This document shows positions 50,445-62,613 of a DNA stretch of 64,000 nucleotides, piece by piece. This DNA comes from Eledone cirrhosa (taxonomy: Eukaryota): the NCBI GenBank assembly GCA_964016885.1, contig OZ024750.1:5580001-5644000 (forward strand). The letters are read 5' to 3'. Each line of letters begins with the position of its first letter. Positions within the stretch are counted from its first letter, which is position 1. Under the pieces are notes generated by a model. The model ran no database searches, had not been told where the DNA came from, and was given only the letters and a program-made list of their open reading frames with translations. The position numbers and the translations under genes are program-made.

Positions 50445-50904
50445 GATATATATGTATATAGATATATATGTATATAGATATATATGTATATAGATATATA
50501 TATGTATGTATAGATATATATGTATATATATATATATATGTATGTATAGATATATATGTATATATATATTTATGTATGTATAGATATATATGTATATATA
50601 TATTTATGTATGTATAGATATATATGTATATATATATATATGTATGTATATATATATATGTATATATATATATATGTATGTATAGATATATATGTATATA
50701 TATATATATGTATGTATAGATATATATGTATGTATATATATATATGTATGTATATATATATATGTATGTATAGATATATATGTATATATATATATGTATG
50801 TATAGATATATATGTGTATATAGATATATATGTATGTATAGATATATATGTATGTATATGTATATGTATGTATGTATATATATATGTATGTATAGATATA
50901 TATG

Positions 50905-51512
50905 TCAGGTCACCAGTTGGTGCTACTGGTAACATGTATCCCAGTACAACCTGTCTCATGGTCGGGTCGTTGGCGACTAAACTGGCAACCCCACCAAGGT
51001 TTCTTGGTGAGGAGGGTGACTTTGGACATCCTGCAGGACTAAAAACAAAACCTGTCAAAGGGCAAGGGAGCTCTTAAGACTCAATAGCCATCCAAAATCA
51101 CCGGGAGAGATGACCCCTTAGCCTTTGTCAAGGCAGAATTCTAGGAGAAGGAAAACTCTGATATAACACCTGCAACCCTGATGGTATCCAATGATGTTGA
51201 CTTGTTCTTCTTTTTGGTAAATATCATCTTGGTTAAGAGAGTGGGACTGGCTTTGTGCAGTGCCTTTGCTCACTATAAAAGCTTCACAGCACAGGCATTG
51301 CTTTATATCTGGAGATCTCTCTGCACTTGTCATCACATGGTACCATGGGCCCTGCACTATGTGTCAATAATGGTCACAAGTGTAGTCTTTGTACCAGAGT
51401 TTTCAAGTCGCTGGCTGGACTAAAAAGTCACATTCGTTCAGCGCATCGGTAGGGGTTCTCCTACATGGATATAAAGTAGTGGCCGTACTCGAAAACGAGT
51501 TGGCAGCCACCA
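50905..51512 (+). mobile_element. Internally deleted (bipartite) RTE derivative inserted in a microsatellite
   Basis: RTE 5'-UTR-like CTAGGAGAAGGAAAACTCTG, then the C-terminal finger HKCSLCTRVFKSLAGLKSHIRSAHR* and a short 3' UTR; no RT coding sequence in between. Confidence 0.6.
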
Positions 51513-52542
51513 TGTATAGATATATATGTATGTATATGTATATATATGTATGTATATGTATATATATGTATGTAGATATGTATATGTATGTATGTATATA
51601 TATATGTGTGTGTGTGTAATATGTCTATGTGTATATGTGTATATGTGTGTATGTGTAATATGTCTATGTGTGTATAATATGTATATGTGTATATGTGTGT
51701 ATGTGTAATATGTCTATGTGTGTATAATATGTCTATGTGTATGTATGTGTGTATGTATATAACATGTCTATGTGTATGTATATGTGTGTGTAAATAGTCA
51801 ACAAAGTTCATCCATTAATCTTTATTTTTTATGTATTCCATCGATCCGATTCTGTTCGTCTTTATTAGTGAAAACAAACTTTCCTTTCAAGAAGTTTATT
51901 CCAGAATATTCTGGCAAATGTCTTCTGTCCCACAAAGAATTAATATCTCGAGGATATTGCCAAACAATTTCATTTCATTAACCCAATCCTTTCACTCCTT
52001 TGACGATCTAATTGTGGACGGTGGCCGTTTTTCTTTTTCCCCGCGTGTATAGAAATCCGGATTTCTTGTTATTGAATTTAATGGCGGAATGGATATTATA
52101 GACTTAATGATCCTTATTGAAAGGCTTTTCATGTGATTTATTCCGTTTACAATTTACTGTTTCCACGGATGCATGTATAATGTTCCCCGTTGACTGATCA
52201 ATGTTCACTTTATGTTGGTTAGCCATAAACGTTTGCCAATGTTCCTTGGTAAGACTCTTGTGTCAGTTTTAATGTCGTGCCTTTACACAATTTTATTAGT
52301 TATTTTAATAATATGGCTGACTTTCTAATTGTAAACGTTAGTAAGTTTATTATTGAGCTCGCTCTTCTGTTGTATTTCTTACATCAATGTTACAGTCCCA
52401 ACCACAGATGTTGTCAATATCAACCACCATTTTTAAGTAGAAAATTTACTTATCTTTTCATCAGGTTGCCGTTGTCTTAACATAAAGCACTTAATGTGTT
52501 TTCACTTCCGTATCATTGCTCTTGGTACCAAAGGCCTTGTTT

Positions 52543-52806
52543 CAGGGGGGTACCAGGGGACAGGTCTCCTCCCCCCAAATTTTTCAAACGTCTTTATTTT
52601 ATTTTTTGTTTATTTGATATAATAAATTCTTTTTAAGCTTATATTTTAATATCTGAACTTTATTTAAATATATAAAATTTAATTAGCGTAAAATTTTACT
52701 TATGTGATAGGGTCCGGGAGAGACACCATAGGCAATTTATGCTCCTTTAAGAATCAACAAATGTTGGTTTGTCCCCCTCACATTTTTAAGGCAAACGAGA
52801 CCCCTG
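52543..52806. mobile_element. Possible hAT-like MITE
   Basis: CAGGGG...CCCCTG ends with only a partial flank match (CTTGT). Confidence 0.4.
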
Positions 52807-53222
52807 CTTGTAACAGTGATTAGGGTAAGTACATATTGAAAAGGTGTTATGGATAATAAATTAAGAAATATGAGGATCATGTTCTTTTTAATATCGTGTG
52901 GTATCTATTCCTTGCGTCGCGATAGATATGTAACATTTTCACCTGGTTGTATGTATAAGTTCTTGTGGTTTAACCCCCAGGTGATTTCTGATTGAGCAGA
53001 CCAATGGTACATAGGTGGCCAACTGAATAACTTAGTGTAATCCATATATCTAATGATCCGTATATACCGTACCTCCACCTAGCTAAAGAGCTATACTGTC
53101 GACCATGATTTCCCCCACTCTATGTTTGTAGGTTTAGTTAGTAGGAATGTTGGAACATCGCCTTCATATCTTGGTTAGGCACTCAATGTGGAATACTATC
53201 AAAATATTTGCTCGTATGTACT

Positions 53223-53259
<37 letters not shown>

Positions 53260-53419
53260 GATATTAACAAATGGAAACTATATTTATAAAACCATATTTA
53301 TTTCATTATACATATTTCAAGGACACCAAGTTAAATTATGGCGCGCTTTCATCAGATAAAATATAATATAGAGCAGTTTTATCAATAAATATTGACGTAC
53401 CCTTAAAGAATGCAACCAT

Positions 53420-53655
53420 ATTAATAGAAATGTAAGCTATCGTCGTATTTTGACTAAAGAAATTAAAGAAATTATTTAGCCTGATAGTGGGGTTAAGGAC
53501 CCTCGGAGAAATGGAAAAAGATGAGTATGGACGTACATGTACGTCAATACTCATCTTTTTCCATTTCTCCGAGGGTCCTTAACCCCACTATCAGGCTAAA
53601 TAATTTCTTTAATTTCTTTAGTCAAAATACGGCGATAGCTTACATTTCTATTAAT
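53420..53655. repeat. 236-bp spacerless palindrome (two mismatched pairs)
   Basis: Centre GTACA|TGTAC at 53537/53538; the mirrored ORFs 53336..53554(-) and 53521..53745(+) share the same peptide. Confidence 0.95.
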
Positions 53656-53686
53656 TTCAAACCAACTCGCTGTTTCAAAAATATTC

Positions 53687-53741
<55 letters not shown>

Positions 53742-53777
53742 GTGAAATAGATAGATAGAAATATATATATATATATA

Positions 53778-53899
53778 TATAAAGAAAAAAAGATGAAATC
53801 GAAAATGCAACTGGAGTCTTATTTAAAAAAATAAATATATATATATTTTTTAAAATAAAACTCCAGTTGCATTTTCGATTTCATCTCTTTTTCTTTATA
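53778..53899. repeat. Imperfect palindrome of about 120 bp centred on a TA run
   Basis: AGATGAAATCGAAAATGCAACTGGAGT / ACTCCAGTTGCATTTTCGATTTCATCT. Confidence 0.9.
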
Positions 53900-53954
53900 C
53901 TTTCACTCGTGTAGGACACCTCGGTTATTTTTCATTTTGTAAAGAAACCCTCAC

Positions 53955-54068
<114 letters not shown>

Positions 54069-54377
54069 ATGCATGTAAATGCTTTTTCGGCAAGTGAAGG
54101 AATGTACAAAAATGGAAAGAATGTGATTTATGTTGGACAGAGCTGCTTGTAGAACAAGGAATGTATTTGGTATTAGAAATATTATCAAATCTCCATCCTC
54201 TCATTGCCATCTCCTCCTCCCACCACTTCTCTTCTATCATATCAAACAACATGCACATTTCCGCTACTCAAATTGTTGTCTGAAACTCATTCATGTTTTA
54301 CACGTCTCCGCCATCGACTAACACCTTACACTTCAACACCTATTTTTATTCAATAATATGTTTTCAACTCAGATTTA

Positions 54378-55335
54378 GTGGTGGTGGTGGTAGTGGTGGT
54401 TGTGGCGGTAGTGGTGGTAGTGGTTGTGGTGTTGGTGGTGGTGGTGGTGTTGGTGGTAGTGGTGGTAGTGGTGGTTGTGGTGGTGTTGGTGGTAGTGGTG
54501 GTAGTGGTGGTTGTGGTGGTAGTGGTGGTAGCGGTGGTAGTGGTGGTGTTGGTGGTGGTTGTGGTGTTTGTGGTGGTGTTGGTGGTAGTGGTGGTGTTGG
54601 TGGTAGTGGTGGTAGTGGTGGTTGTGGTGGTTGTGATAGTAGTGGTGGTTGTGGTGGTGTTGGTTGTGGTGGTGTTTGTGGTGGTAGTGGTGGTGTTGGT
54701 GGTGGTTGTGGTGTTGGTGGTTGTGGTGGTGTTGGTGGTAGTGGTGGTAGTGGTGGTAGTGGTGGTTGTGATAGTAGTGGTGGTTGTGGTGGTGTTGGTG
54801 TTGGTGGTTGTGGTGGTGTTGGTGGTAGTGGTGGTAGCGGTGGTAGTGGTGGTCGTTGTGGTGGTGTTGGTAGTGGCGGTAGTGGTGGAAGTGGTGGTTG
54901 TGGTGGTAGTTGTGGTTGTGATAGTAGTGGTGGTTGTGGTGGTGTGGATGGTAGTGGTGGTAGTGGTGGTAATGATAGTAGTGGTGGTGGTAGTGGTGGT
55001 GTTGGTGGTGGTGTGGTAGTGGTGGTAGAGGTGGTTGTGGTGGTAGTGGTGGTGGTTGTCATGGTAGAGATGGTTGTGGTAGTGGTGATTGTGGTGGTAG
55101 TGGTGGTGGTTGTGGTGGTTGCGATGGTGGTGGTGTTGGGGTTGTTGTTGTTGTGGGTTGTGATGGTGATGGTCGTGGTGGTTGTGATGGTGGAGGTGTT
55201 GGCGGTTGTTGTAGTGGTGGTTGTCGTCTTTTGTTGTTGTTGTTGTTGGTGGTGGTAGTGGTGGTGGTAGTGGTGGTTTTGATGGTGGCGGTGTTGGCGG
55301 TTGTCGTGATGTTGTGATGTTGTCGTGGTGGTAGT
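54378..55335. repeat. About 960-bp cryptic (GGT/AGT/TGT/GTT)n trinucleotide array
   Basis: Directly visible; gives Gly-, Val- and Pro-rich ORFs in several frames. Confidence 0.9.
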
Positions 55336-55814
55336 GACTTCACAGATAATAGGCCCACTACCACTACTTACTCTATTGAATCATTTGAAGAGTTCACAAA
55401 GAACTTATCTATATATTTAAGCGAACGAAAAAAAAAAAAATGCCATATCTTAATGTGTTAAAATGTTTCTTATATATTTTTTCCCAACGCAAATCAGTAA
55501 ACACTGTGTATGAGTTTATAACAAAATCACAAAATATGTATCATTTTCTCCTGTCTGTTATATAACCTTCGTAAATTAGAAGCGGTACACTTCGAGAAGA
55601 TGAAAGGGGAAGTTAAACCATCGATTCTCAAACTGATAAATACCAGGCACTACCAAAATATTAGTTACATCTTTTGATCTATCCCTTGTTGTTAACAAAC
55701 CAACAATATAAAGTTATCAAATATATCAATATGTTATGACAGGGTTATATTACAATAGAACTATGGCTATAAAACGATCTTTAATTTTTTAAACATAACA
55801 ATTTGTCCGTAATA

Positions 55815-56035
55815 GGACCCGCACCAGATAGTTGGATCTGATTAAGGAAGATCTTCAGAGTCTCGAGGAAACCTAAAAGATGTAGAGGGGCTGGCACGGG
55901 ACCTCTAGCGATAGAGGGCACTGGTAGACCTGGTAGGATCTATGCACGATGAGGCCTCTGGGATCGCTGACCTAGGATGACCCCAGTTCCATCGAGCAAA
56001 CATAAGAACAAATACAAGAGGAAGAAGAAGGAGAA
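55815..56035 (+). mobile_element. Degraded RTE-type LINE 3' end
   Basis: RTRTR*LDLIKEDLQSL...DVEGLARDL*R*RALVDLV, followed by a GAA-rich tail. Confidence 0.55.
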
Positions 56036-56177
56036 AATGTGCAATTTTGTCTATGAGACGAGGAAGGGTCTACAGCTATGGAATAGAACTCCCAAATGGA
56101 GAGAACATATCCGAACCTTAAGACCCAGGTGATATTAAATTAAAGCTACAGGCTACCGTAACGATCTCCAGTAATAA

Positions 56178-56240
<63 letters not shown>

Positions 56241-56333
56241 ATGTATGTAAAAGGTAAACAGAAATAACAACACAATCGGTACAGTATATGGAAGGGATAT
56301 ATTAGGTTAACGCTTGATATAGCAGGAAGAGGG

Positions 56334-56369
56334 TCTTAACGTTTCGGACGGTAGTCCTTCATCAGAAGA
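56334..56369 (-). ncRNA. Minimal type I hammerhead ribozyme (family P1, dimer-type stem III)
   Basis: Minus strand: TCTT-CTGATGA-A-GGAC TACC GTCC-GAA-ACGT-T-AAGA, GUU triplet. Confidence 0.7.
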
Positions 56370-56481
56370 AAGAATGAAAAATAAGATAGATTTAGGGGAC
56401 GGGGGAAGGGAGGTGGGGGTGGAATTGAAAAAAAAATGTCTTTAGATAAAAATAACAGGTTCATTCATGTTGACATCTCTC

Positions 56482-56525
<44 letters not shown>

Positions 56526-56544
56526 CATATATACACAGATAGCC

Positions 56545-56595
56545 AGATTCCTGATGATTTCTAAAGAATGAAACAATACTAGTCCTGTAGAATCT
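56545..56595 (+). ncRNA. Type I hammerhead ribozyme, apparently intact (family P2)
   Basis: AGATTC-CTGATGA-T-TTC TAAA GAA-T-GAA-ACA ATACTAGTCC TGT-A-GAATCT. 6-bp stem I, GUA triplet, predicted cleavage after 56589. Confidence 0.75.
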
Positions 56596-56625
56596 CATCT
56601 CTCTCTCTCTCTCTCTCTCTCTGTA

Positions 56626-56657
<32 letters not shown>

Positions 56658-56809
56658 CTGTATTCTTGTCGTCTATAATAATTTATTTAACTTTCCATGG
56701 TACATATCTCCAGATTCATGGCGTGGACCACTGAATATTGACTACTGTAGAGTATTGCTGTGTTTGTCAGGTCTGGTTTGGACAGATATTCTTAGATATC
56801 AGCATATGT

Positions 56810-57330
56810 GAATGATGATGATGATAGTGGTGGTGGTGGTGATAGTTAATGATGATGATGATTATGATGATGGTAGTGATGATGATGATAGTGGTGGTGG
56901 TGGTGATAGTTAATGATGAGGATGATGATTATGATGATGATAGTGGTGGTGGTGGTGGTGGTGATAGTTAGTGATGATGATGATTATGATGATGTTAGTG
57001 ATGACGATGATGATGATGATAGTGGTGGTGGTGGTGATAGTTAGTGATGATGATGATTATGATGATGTTAGTGATGACGATGATGATGATGATAGTGGTG
57101 GTGGTGGTGATAGTTAATGATGATGATGATGATGATAATGATGGTAGGGATGATGATGATGATGATGATAGTATTAGTGATAGTCATGATGATGATGATA
57201 AAAATGATGCTGATAGTGAGGACGATGATGATGATAGTACTAGTGATACTGATACTGATGATGATGATGATGATAGTACTAATGATACTGATGATGATGA
57301 TGGTGGAAAAGTTGATGGTTATGATGACTG
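56810..57330. repeat. Cryptic (GAT/GGT)n trinucleotide array with a higher-order unit
   Basis: GATGAT..AGTGGTGGTGGTGGTGATAGTTA repeated. Confidence 0.9.
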
Positions 57331-57672
57331 ATGAAGATGGTGGCAATGTTAGCGTTAGACAGTTATTAAAACAACCAAACAACAATCCTGTTTCCTGTAA
57401 GTCCTATGAAAGTGAAGTACAAAAATAGCTGAAAAACTTTGGCAGAAAACTCAACGAAAATACGAAACCAGACTGAGACAATTATAATGTCCAATTTTAA
57501 AGTCTATTTTAAAATCAAAATGATGTAAATCTAATATGATTGAATTATTCTTGTGCAAAACGTGATTATATACCATACCCCTTTTTTGCTCCCTCACCAG
57601 TATATATATATAAAGACATTTTTTCCAATTCCAACACGCCCGTCCCCTCAATCTATCTTATTTCTCATTCTT

Positions 57673-57708
57673 TCTTCTGATGAAGGACTAGCATCCGAAA
57701 GGTTAAGA
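57673..57708 (+). ncRNA. Minimal hammerhead motif (family P1), stem III mutated
   Basis: TCTT-CTGATGA-A-GGA CTAGCA TCC-GAA-AGGT-T-AAGA, inside the plus-strand P1 copy 57615-57785. Confidence 0.55.
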
Positions 57709-57783
57709 CCCTCTTCCTGCTATTTCAAGCGTTAACCTAATATATTCCTTCCATATACTGTACCAATTGTGTTGTTATTTCTG

Positions 57784-57932
<149 letters not shown>

Positions 57933-58670
57933 TGGCGGACTGGGTCTAAAACTATTGGTTGCCAGGAGATGAAGAGGGCCCACCTACATATAGAATGCTA
58001 TCATTTAATTTTTATAATGAATAAATAACATTTTCGAAAAATACATAAGTGGAAACAGAACAGTGCAATCAAATTTTTGCGGACAAATATCTTACCTTCT
58101 GCAATAAAAAATATTATGTATTTTGCGAAATCTAGAGACTTTCAATATTACTAATAGCTCTAGGAAAGCCATGAACGACACCACATCTTTTTAACTTTGA
58201 TTTTGAAAGTAGGTTTATAATTATAAATTTTCATTATACGTTCGTAGTTGTCTCGGTGGCATAGTTGGAGGAACTGTAGACCGTGGTGATCCTGGTCTGA
58301 AGTTCGATCCTGGAAGGGTTCCCGGTAATCCTTTTCAGTTTTTTTCTATGGGTTTTAAAATAAAAACTGAAAAAGGTTACATGTACCTCATATATATATA
58401 TATGGATGGGGTGGTGTCACTTCTAACTCCTATTTATCTTGTCAACTAGATTAGATATAACACGAGTGATAGCTTATATTTACTTGGTCTTCCTCTGTTG
58501 AACCGTGTTCAGTTTTGTGTTCAACTTCAGTGTCACATCAGTTCAGACCAGTTCTTCCCCCAGTTCTAAGATCTCCAGTCAGTTGTTAAATATAATACCC
58601 TATCCTGTGGTTACAACGCTCAATGCAGTTACATTACTGCTTAAAGCTGTTATGCTTCTTATATTTCTTA

Positions 58671-58870
58671 NNNNNNNNNNNNNNNNNNNNNNNNNNNNNN
58701 NNNNNNNNNNNNNNNNNNNNNNNNNNNNNNNNNNNNNNNNNNNNNNNNNNNNNNNNNNNNNNNNNNNNNNNNNNNNNNNNNNNNNNNNNNNNNNNNNNNN
58801 NNNNNNNNNNNNNNNNNNNNNNNNNNNNNNNNNNNNNNNNNNNNNNNNNNNNNNNNNNNNNNNNNNNNNN
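58671..58870. other. Assembly gap (200 N)
   Basis: Run of N. Confidence 1.
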
Positions 58871-59111
58871 ATAGTCCTATCTACATATATACACATGTAT
58901 ATATGTAGTGCCTCTATGGCATCGTCCCTTGAGTACGCTGTAGACATTTTAATATGTTTGACAGAAGAATTCCATTAGTTATATTGCAATGACTCCGTCT
59001 CCACTTGATTGAAATGAAAAAAAAAATAAAGGACAGAAGCACCTTAAGAACTCATAGAATTCAAATTATAATACTGATATACGTATATATATTTATTTAA
59101 TATAGAAATGG

Positions 59112-59158
59112 CTTCTACAGGACTAGAACTGTTTCATTCGGGAGAAATCTTCAGGAAG
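59112..59158 (-). ncRNA. Type I hammerhead ribozyme, apparently intact (family P2)
   Basis: Minus strand: CTTC-CTGAAGA-T-TTC TCCC GAA-T-GAA-ACAG TTCTAGTC CTGT-A-GAAG, GUA triplet. Confidence 0.75.
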
Positions 59159-59170
59159 ATATCGACTGTC

Positions 59171-59262
<92 letters not shown>

Positions 59263-59569
59263 ATATTTATTAAAATAACAGATTAAAGTTTAAGCAAAGA
59301 ATCGCTGCTTTCACCCTTAACGGGATCTTACACGTATATATACATTATATTTACTTATCTATCTATCTCTATACAAATACAAACACAACACATACATATA
59401 TAGTCTAGATAATTTCATGTGTAGTCTATTTCGATTTTCAAACACTCATTCTCTTCAACGCTCATCGTTGAAACCGACCGACGTCCAGTCCATATGCGTA
59501 GCGAAAGTGTAGCGTTGTTCGAGATATCTTCATTGATTGTAGTGATCTTAGTCAGACCTGTTGCTATTG

Positions 59570-59960
59570 CTGAATAATTATAAAATATTGGTGGTGGTTA
59601 GTTTTAGAGAGATTAGCCCTGTATTCCCTCTCGTGTGTATAGAAATCACAAAAGCGTTTCTTCCACTGGTTTGAAAAGACGCCACAACAAGGCAAGGATG
59701 AAATTAACGCCAAAAGAGTTAGGGGTAGGTCGGATTGGAATAAATGGTTCCTTACAGTGGCATTCTTTGTCACAAGGGTGCGAGTGTGGTGTGGTGGAAT
59801 GGTTAGTCCCTTACAGTAGCATTCTTTTAAAGATTTTCACTGGAATATGATCAGGACCAGTGGCTTTGTCAGAATTGGGTTCCAGTGTTATCTCTATGAT
59901 ATATTGTGTGTTAAAGATCAAGCACTGTACTGGTATGGTGGGGAGAGAAGATTGCCTCAA
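59570..59960 (-). mobile_element. Degraded CR1/L2-group LINE fragment (region just before RT)
   Basis: PNSDKATGPDHIPVKIFK and GVFSNQWKK..RANLS remnants. Confidence 0.6.
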
Positions 59961-60006
59961 GTTATGTTGGCTCAACAAACATACATTCACGGACACACCA
60001 CACACA

Positions 60007-60045
<39 letters not shown>

Positions 60046-60090
60046 ACATAGTATATATATATTGTACATAGTATATATATACTGTACATA

Positions 60091-60133
<43 letters not shown>

Positions 60134-60244
60134 TGTATATATATATAAATATGTATATATACTATTGTATATAGTATATATATGTGTATATATTTATACA
60201 TATATTGTATATGTATATATATACATTGTATATAGTATATATAT

Positions 60245-60314
<70 letters not shown>

Positions 60315-60834
60315 ATATATATATACTATATACAATGTATATATATATATATATATATGAAAACAGGGAGAAAAAAGACGATTATTAGGAAGAAAAATAT
60401 ATTTTTTTCCTTTTTATTTTTCTCTCTCTTTTTATATAAATATATATATTGTATATGTTATATATATATATATATATATATACATGTACGCACACACACA
60501 CATATGTATGAGAATATGTGATTGTCTATACGTGTGTGTGTGAGACGCGTGATAAGTACATAAGTGAATATCTGTTATATTTGCCATAAACTGACCAGTT
60601 TCTTTATTCTTGATCACCACGGGAATTTTATTCTTTTGTTTGCATTCATTGTGGTTTAACTCTGATGTTTCTTTTGAGCCATTCATCTACAAATATTCCC
60701 TTTCTTAATTATAGATTATGTTTAGTTTCTTCTGGGAATAATAATGGCTGTTGTGGCAGCTTTTATGCGTGAGTTGCAAAGACGTTACTTTCCATTGGTT
60801 AATCGTAGTCACGTGAAAATATAAAATGAAACTC

Positions 60835-60902
<68 letters not shown>

Positions 60903-60970
60903 GAGAGAGATGAGAATGTTATTAAGATAATTTCGGATAATTATTGGTACAGATTTCGTCAACTAAACTA

Positions 60971-61053
60971 TTGGGTTGTAACATAAATTCCCGCCGTTGT
61001 TATAATTTGTTTAATAAAAACAAAACGGCGGGAATATATGTTACAAACAGCGG
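60971..61053. mobile_element. About 80-bp TIR-only mariner-like MITE (MADE-like)
   Basis: TTGTAACATAAATTCCCGCCGTT ... AACGGCGGGAATATATGTTACAA, preceded by TA. Confidence 0.65.
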
Positions 61054-61315
61054 TAATGTATGTCAGCCAAAACTGATGGGGTTACTCTAAATTCTTAACT
61101 CAGCCTTACATTTTCTACTCGCTGATGCCGTAATACGGGTTCAATACCCTGTTATAAGTTTATAATAGTTATAAGGCTTGTTTACACTGTTTAGAAAATG
61201 CAGGAAGATTTTATTTCCAATTTACTCTCCACTAAAATAGAGGACAATTTAGAGAACAATTTGGTCAATAAAAAAAAGTAACAGATGTCATGTTTGTGTC
61301 TCGCTGTGACTTCTG

Positions 61316-61500
61316 TATGAGGGTCGGCTGAAAGGTTCAAAGGCTGACCAAGATACTCTCATGGAATGACCAAATGAGGTTTATTTTCAACATAGTCCCT
61401 GGAAAGAAACAATGCAGTTATTAATAAGAGATGAAATTAATGCATGCAAGATTTCACAGCTCTAGCATCACTTCTTCATAGTCAGCCTAAGAGGTTTTCT
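61316..61500. mobile_element. Mariner-derived non-autonomous element; second partial copy at about 63950-64000
   Basis: GAGGGTCGGCTGAAAGGTTCAAAGGCTGAC ... GTCAGCCTAAGAGGTTTTC; ATTTCACAGCT..AGCATCACT..TTCATAGTCA is shared with the window end. Confidence 0.55.
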
Positions 61501-61999
61501 GAAACTGTGTTTAGGACCCAGTTGTATATCAAATAGCTCGATATTCTAAGGCTAGATATACTTAATAAAACAAAAAATGATATAGAATAGATAATATTTA
61601 TCACACGGGGAATCTGGGATAGGAAATTATTGATCCTTAAATATTTCCAGTGTCTAACATATATCATAGTATATGTGAGGTTAACATATCGTGTATCCTC
61701 CCTCGATAGAGCGACCCATTATCCATTCAGATATTGCAATAATAATGAGATATTAATTAATATATATATAGTGAATGTGGTTGAGAATGTAAAGAACATA
61801 ATTCAATAATTACTGTATTTAATTTCTTTCATCTGGGTTCTGACTTGACTTCTGACTGATGAGAGCAACTCCATTCTTCTCTTCCCTGTTCTACGAACAC
61901 AAACAAACTTTAACATCAGTAATAAACTGATCTAAAGCTAAATTCGATTGGTTAACCACATTTCCAAAACATTTCTCTTTTGTTGGTGTAAAAACAAAA

Positions 62000-62400
62000 T
62001 AATTGTTTCTACTTTTGGCACAAGGTCAGCAATTATTCCAGTGCATTACTAGTACTTTATTTTATCGACCCCGTAAGGACGAAAGGCAAAGTTAACCTCG
62101 GCGGGATTTGAACTCAGAAAGAAAAGGGCCGTAACTTTCCGTGTAAAAACAAAATAATGAATAAAGATAATAAAAAAAAAAAATAGTGGTTATATAAAAT
62201 AATGATTTCTACTATAGGCTCAAGGCAAGCAATTTGGGGAGAGGGGAAAAGTCAATTATATCGACCCCAGTGCATTACTGGTACTTTATTTTACCGACCT
62301 CGTAAGGATGAAAAGCAAAGTTAACCTAGGCGGGATTTGAACTTAGAACGTAAAGGGCCATAACTTTATGCCGCAAAGCATGTTGTCGGACGCTCTACCG
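62000..62400 (-). mobile_element. Two SINE family A copies (short, then long variant)
   Basis: SINE A motifs; the duplication GTGTAAAAACAAAATAAT flanks the first copy. Confidence 0.88.
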
Positions 62401-62439
62401 AAAGTGAACTTCGGCCAGATTGAAACTCATTCGCAACTA

Positions 62440-62613
62440 CTGTATTTCCCCGAGTCCAAGACGCTACTTTTTTCCTCAAATAAGTCTCAAAAATCTACCA
62501 TGCATCTTGGAGGCCGTAGGTTGTCAACAATAGGGTGTGTCCTGGAGGCCGTAGGTTGTCAACAATAGGGTGCGTCCTCGAGGACGAAGCGTCTTCGGCG
62601 CCGGGAAATACGG
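62440..62613. mobile_element. Tc1/mariner-type MITE, copy 3 (internal deletion plus duplication of about 30 bp)
   Basis: TA-CTGTATTTCCCCG...GCGCCGGGAAATACGG-TA. Confidence 0.85.

Noticed and set aside
57044-57428. Asp-rich and Met-rich ORFs
   Set aside because: Cryptic (GAT)n repeat with no splice context or unique domain.
58425-58615. Solo LTR (TG...CA ends)
   Set aside because: No TSD and no second copy in the window.
61856-61872. CTGATGAG motif as a hammerhead (similar motifs at 13322 and 18222)
   Set aside because: No correctly placed stem II, GAAA and stem III.
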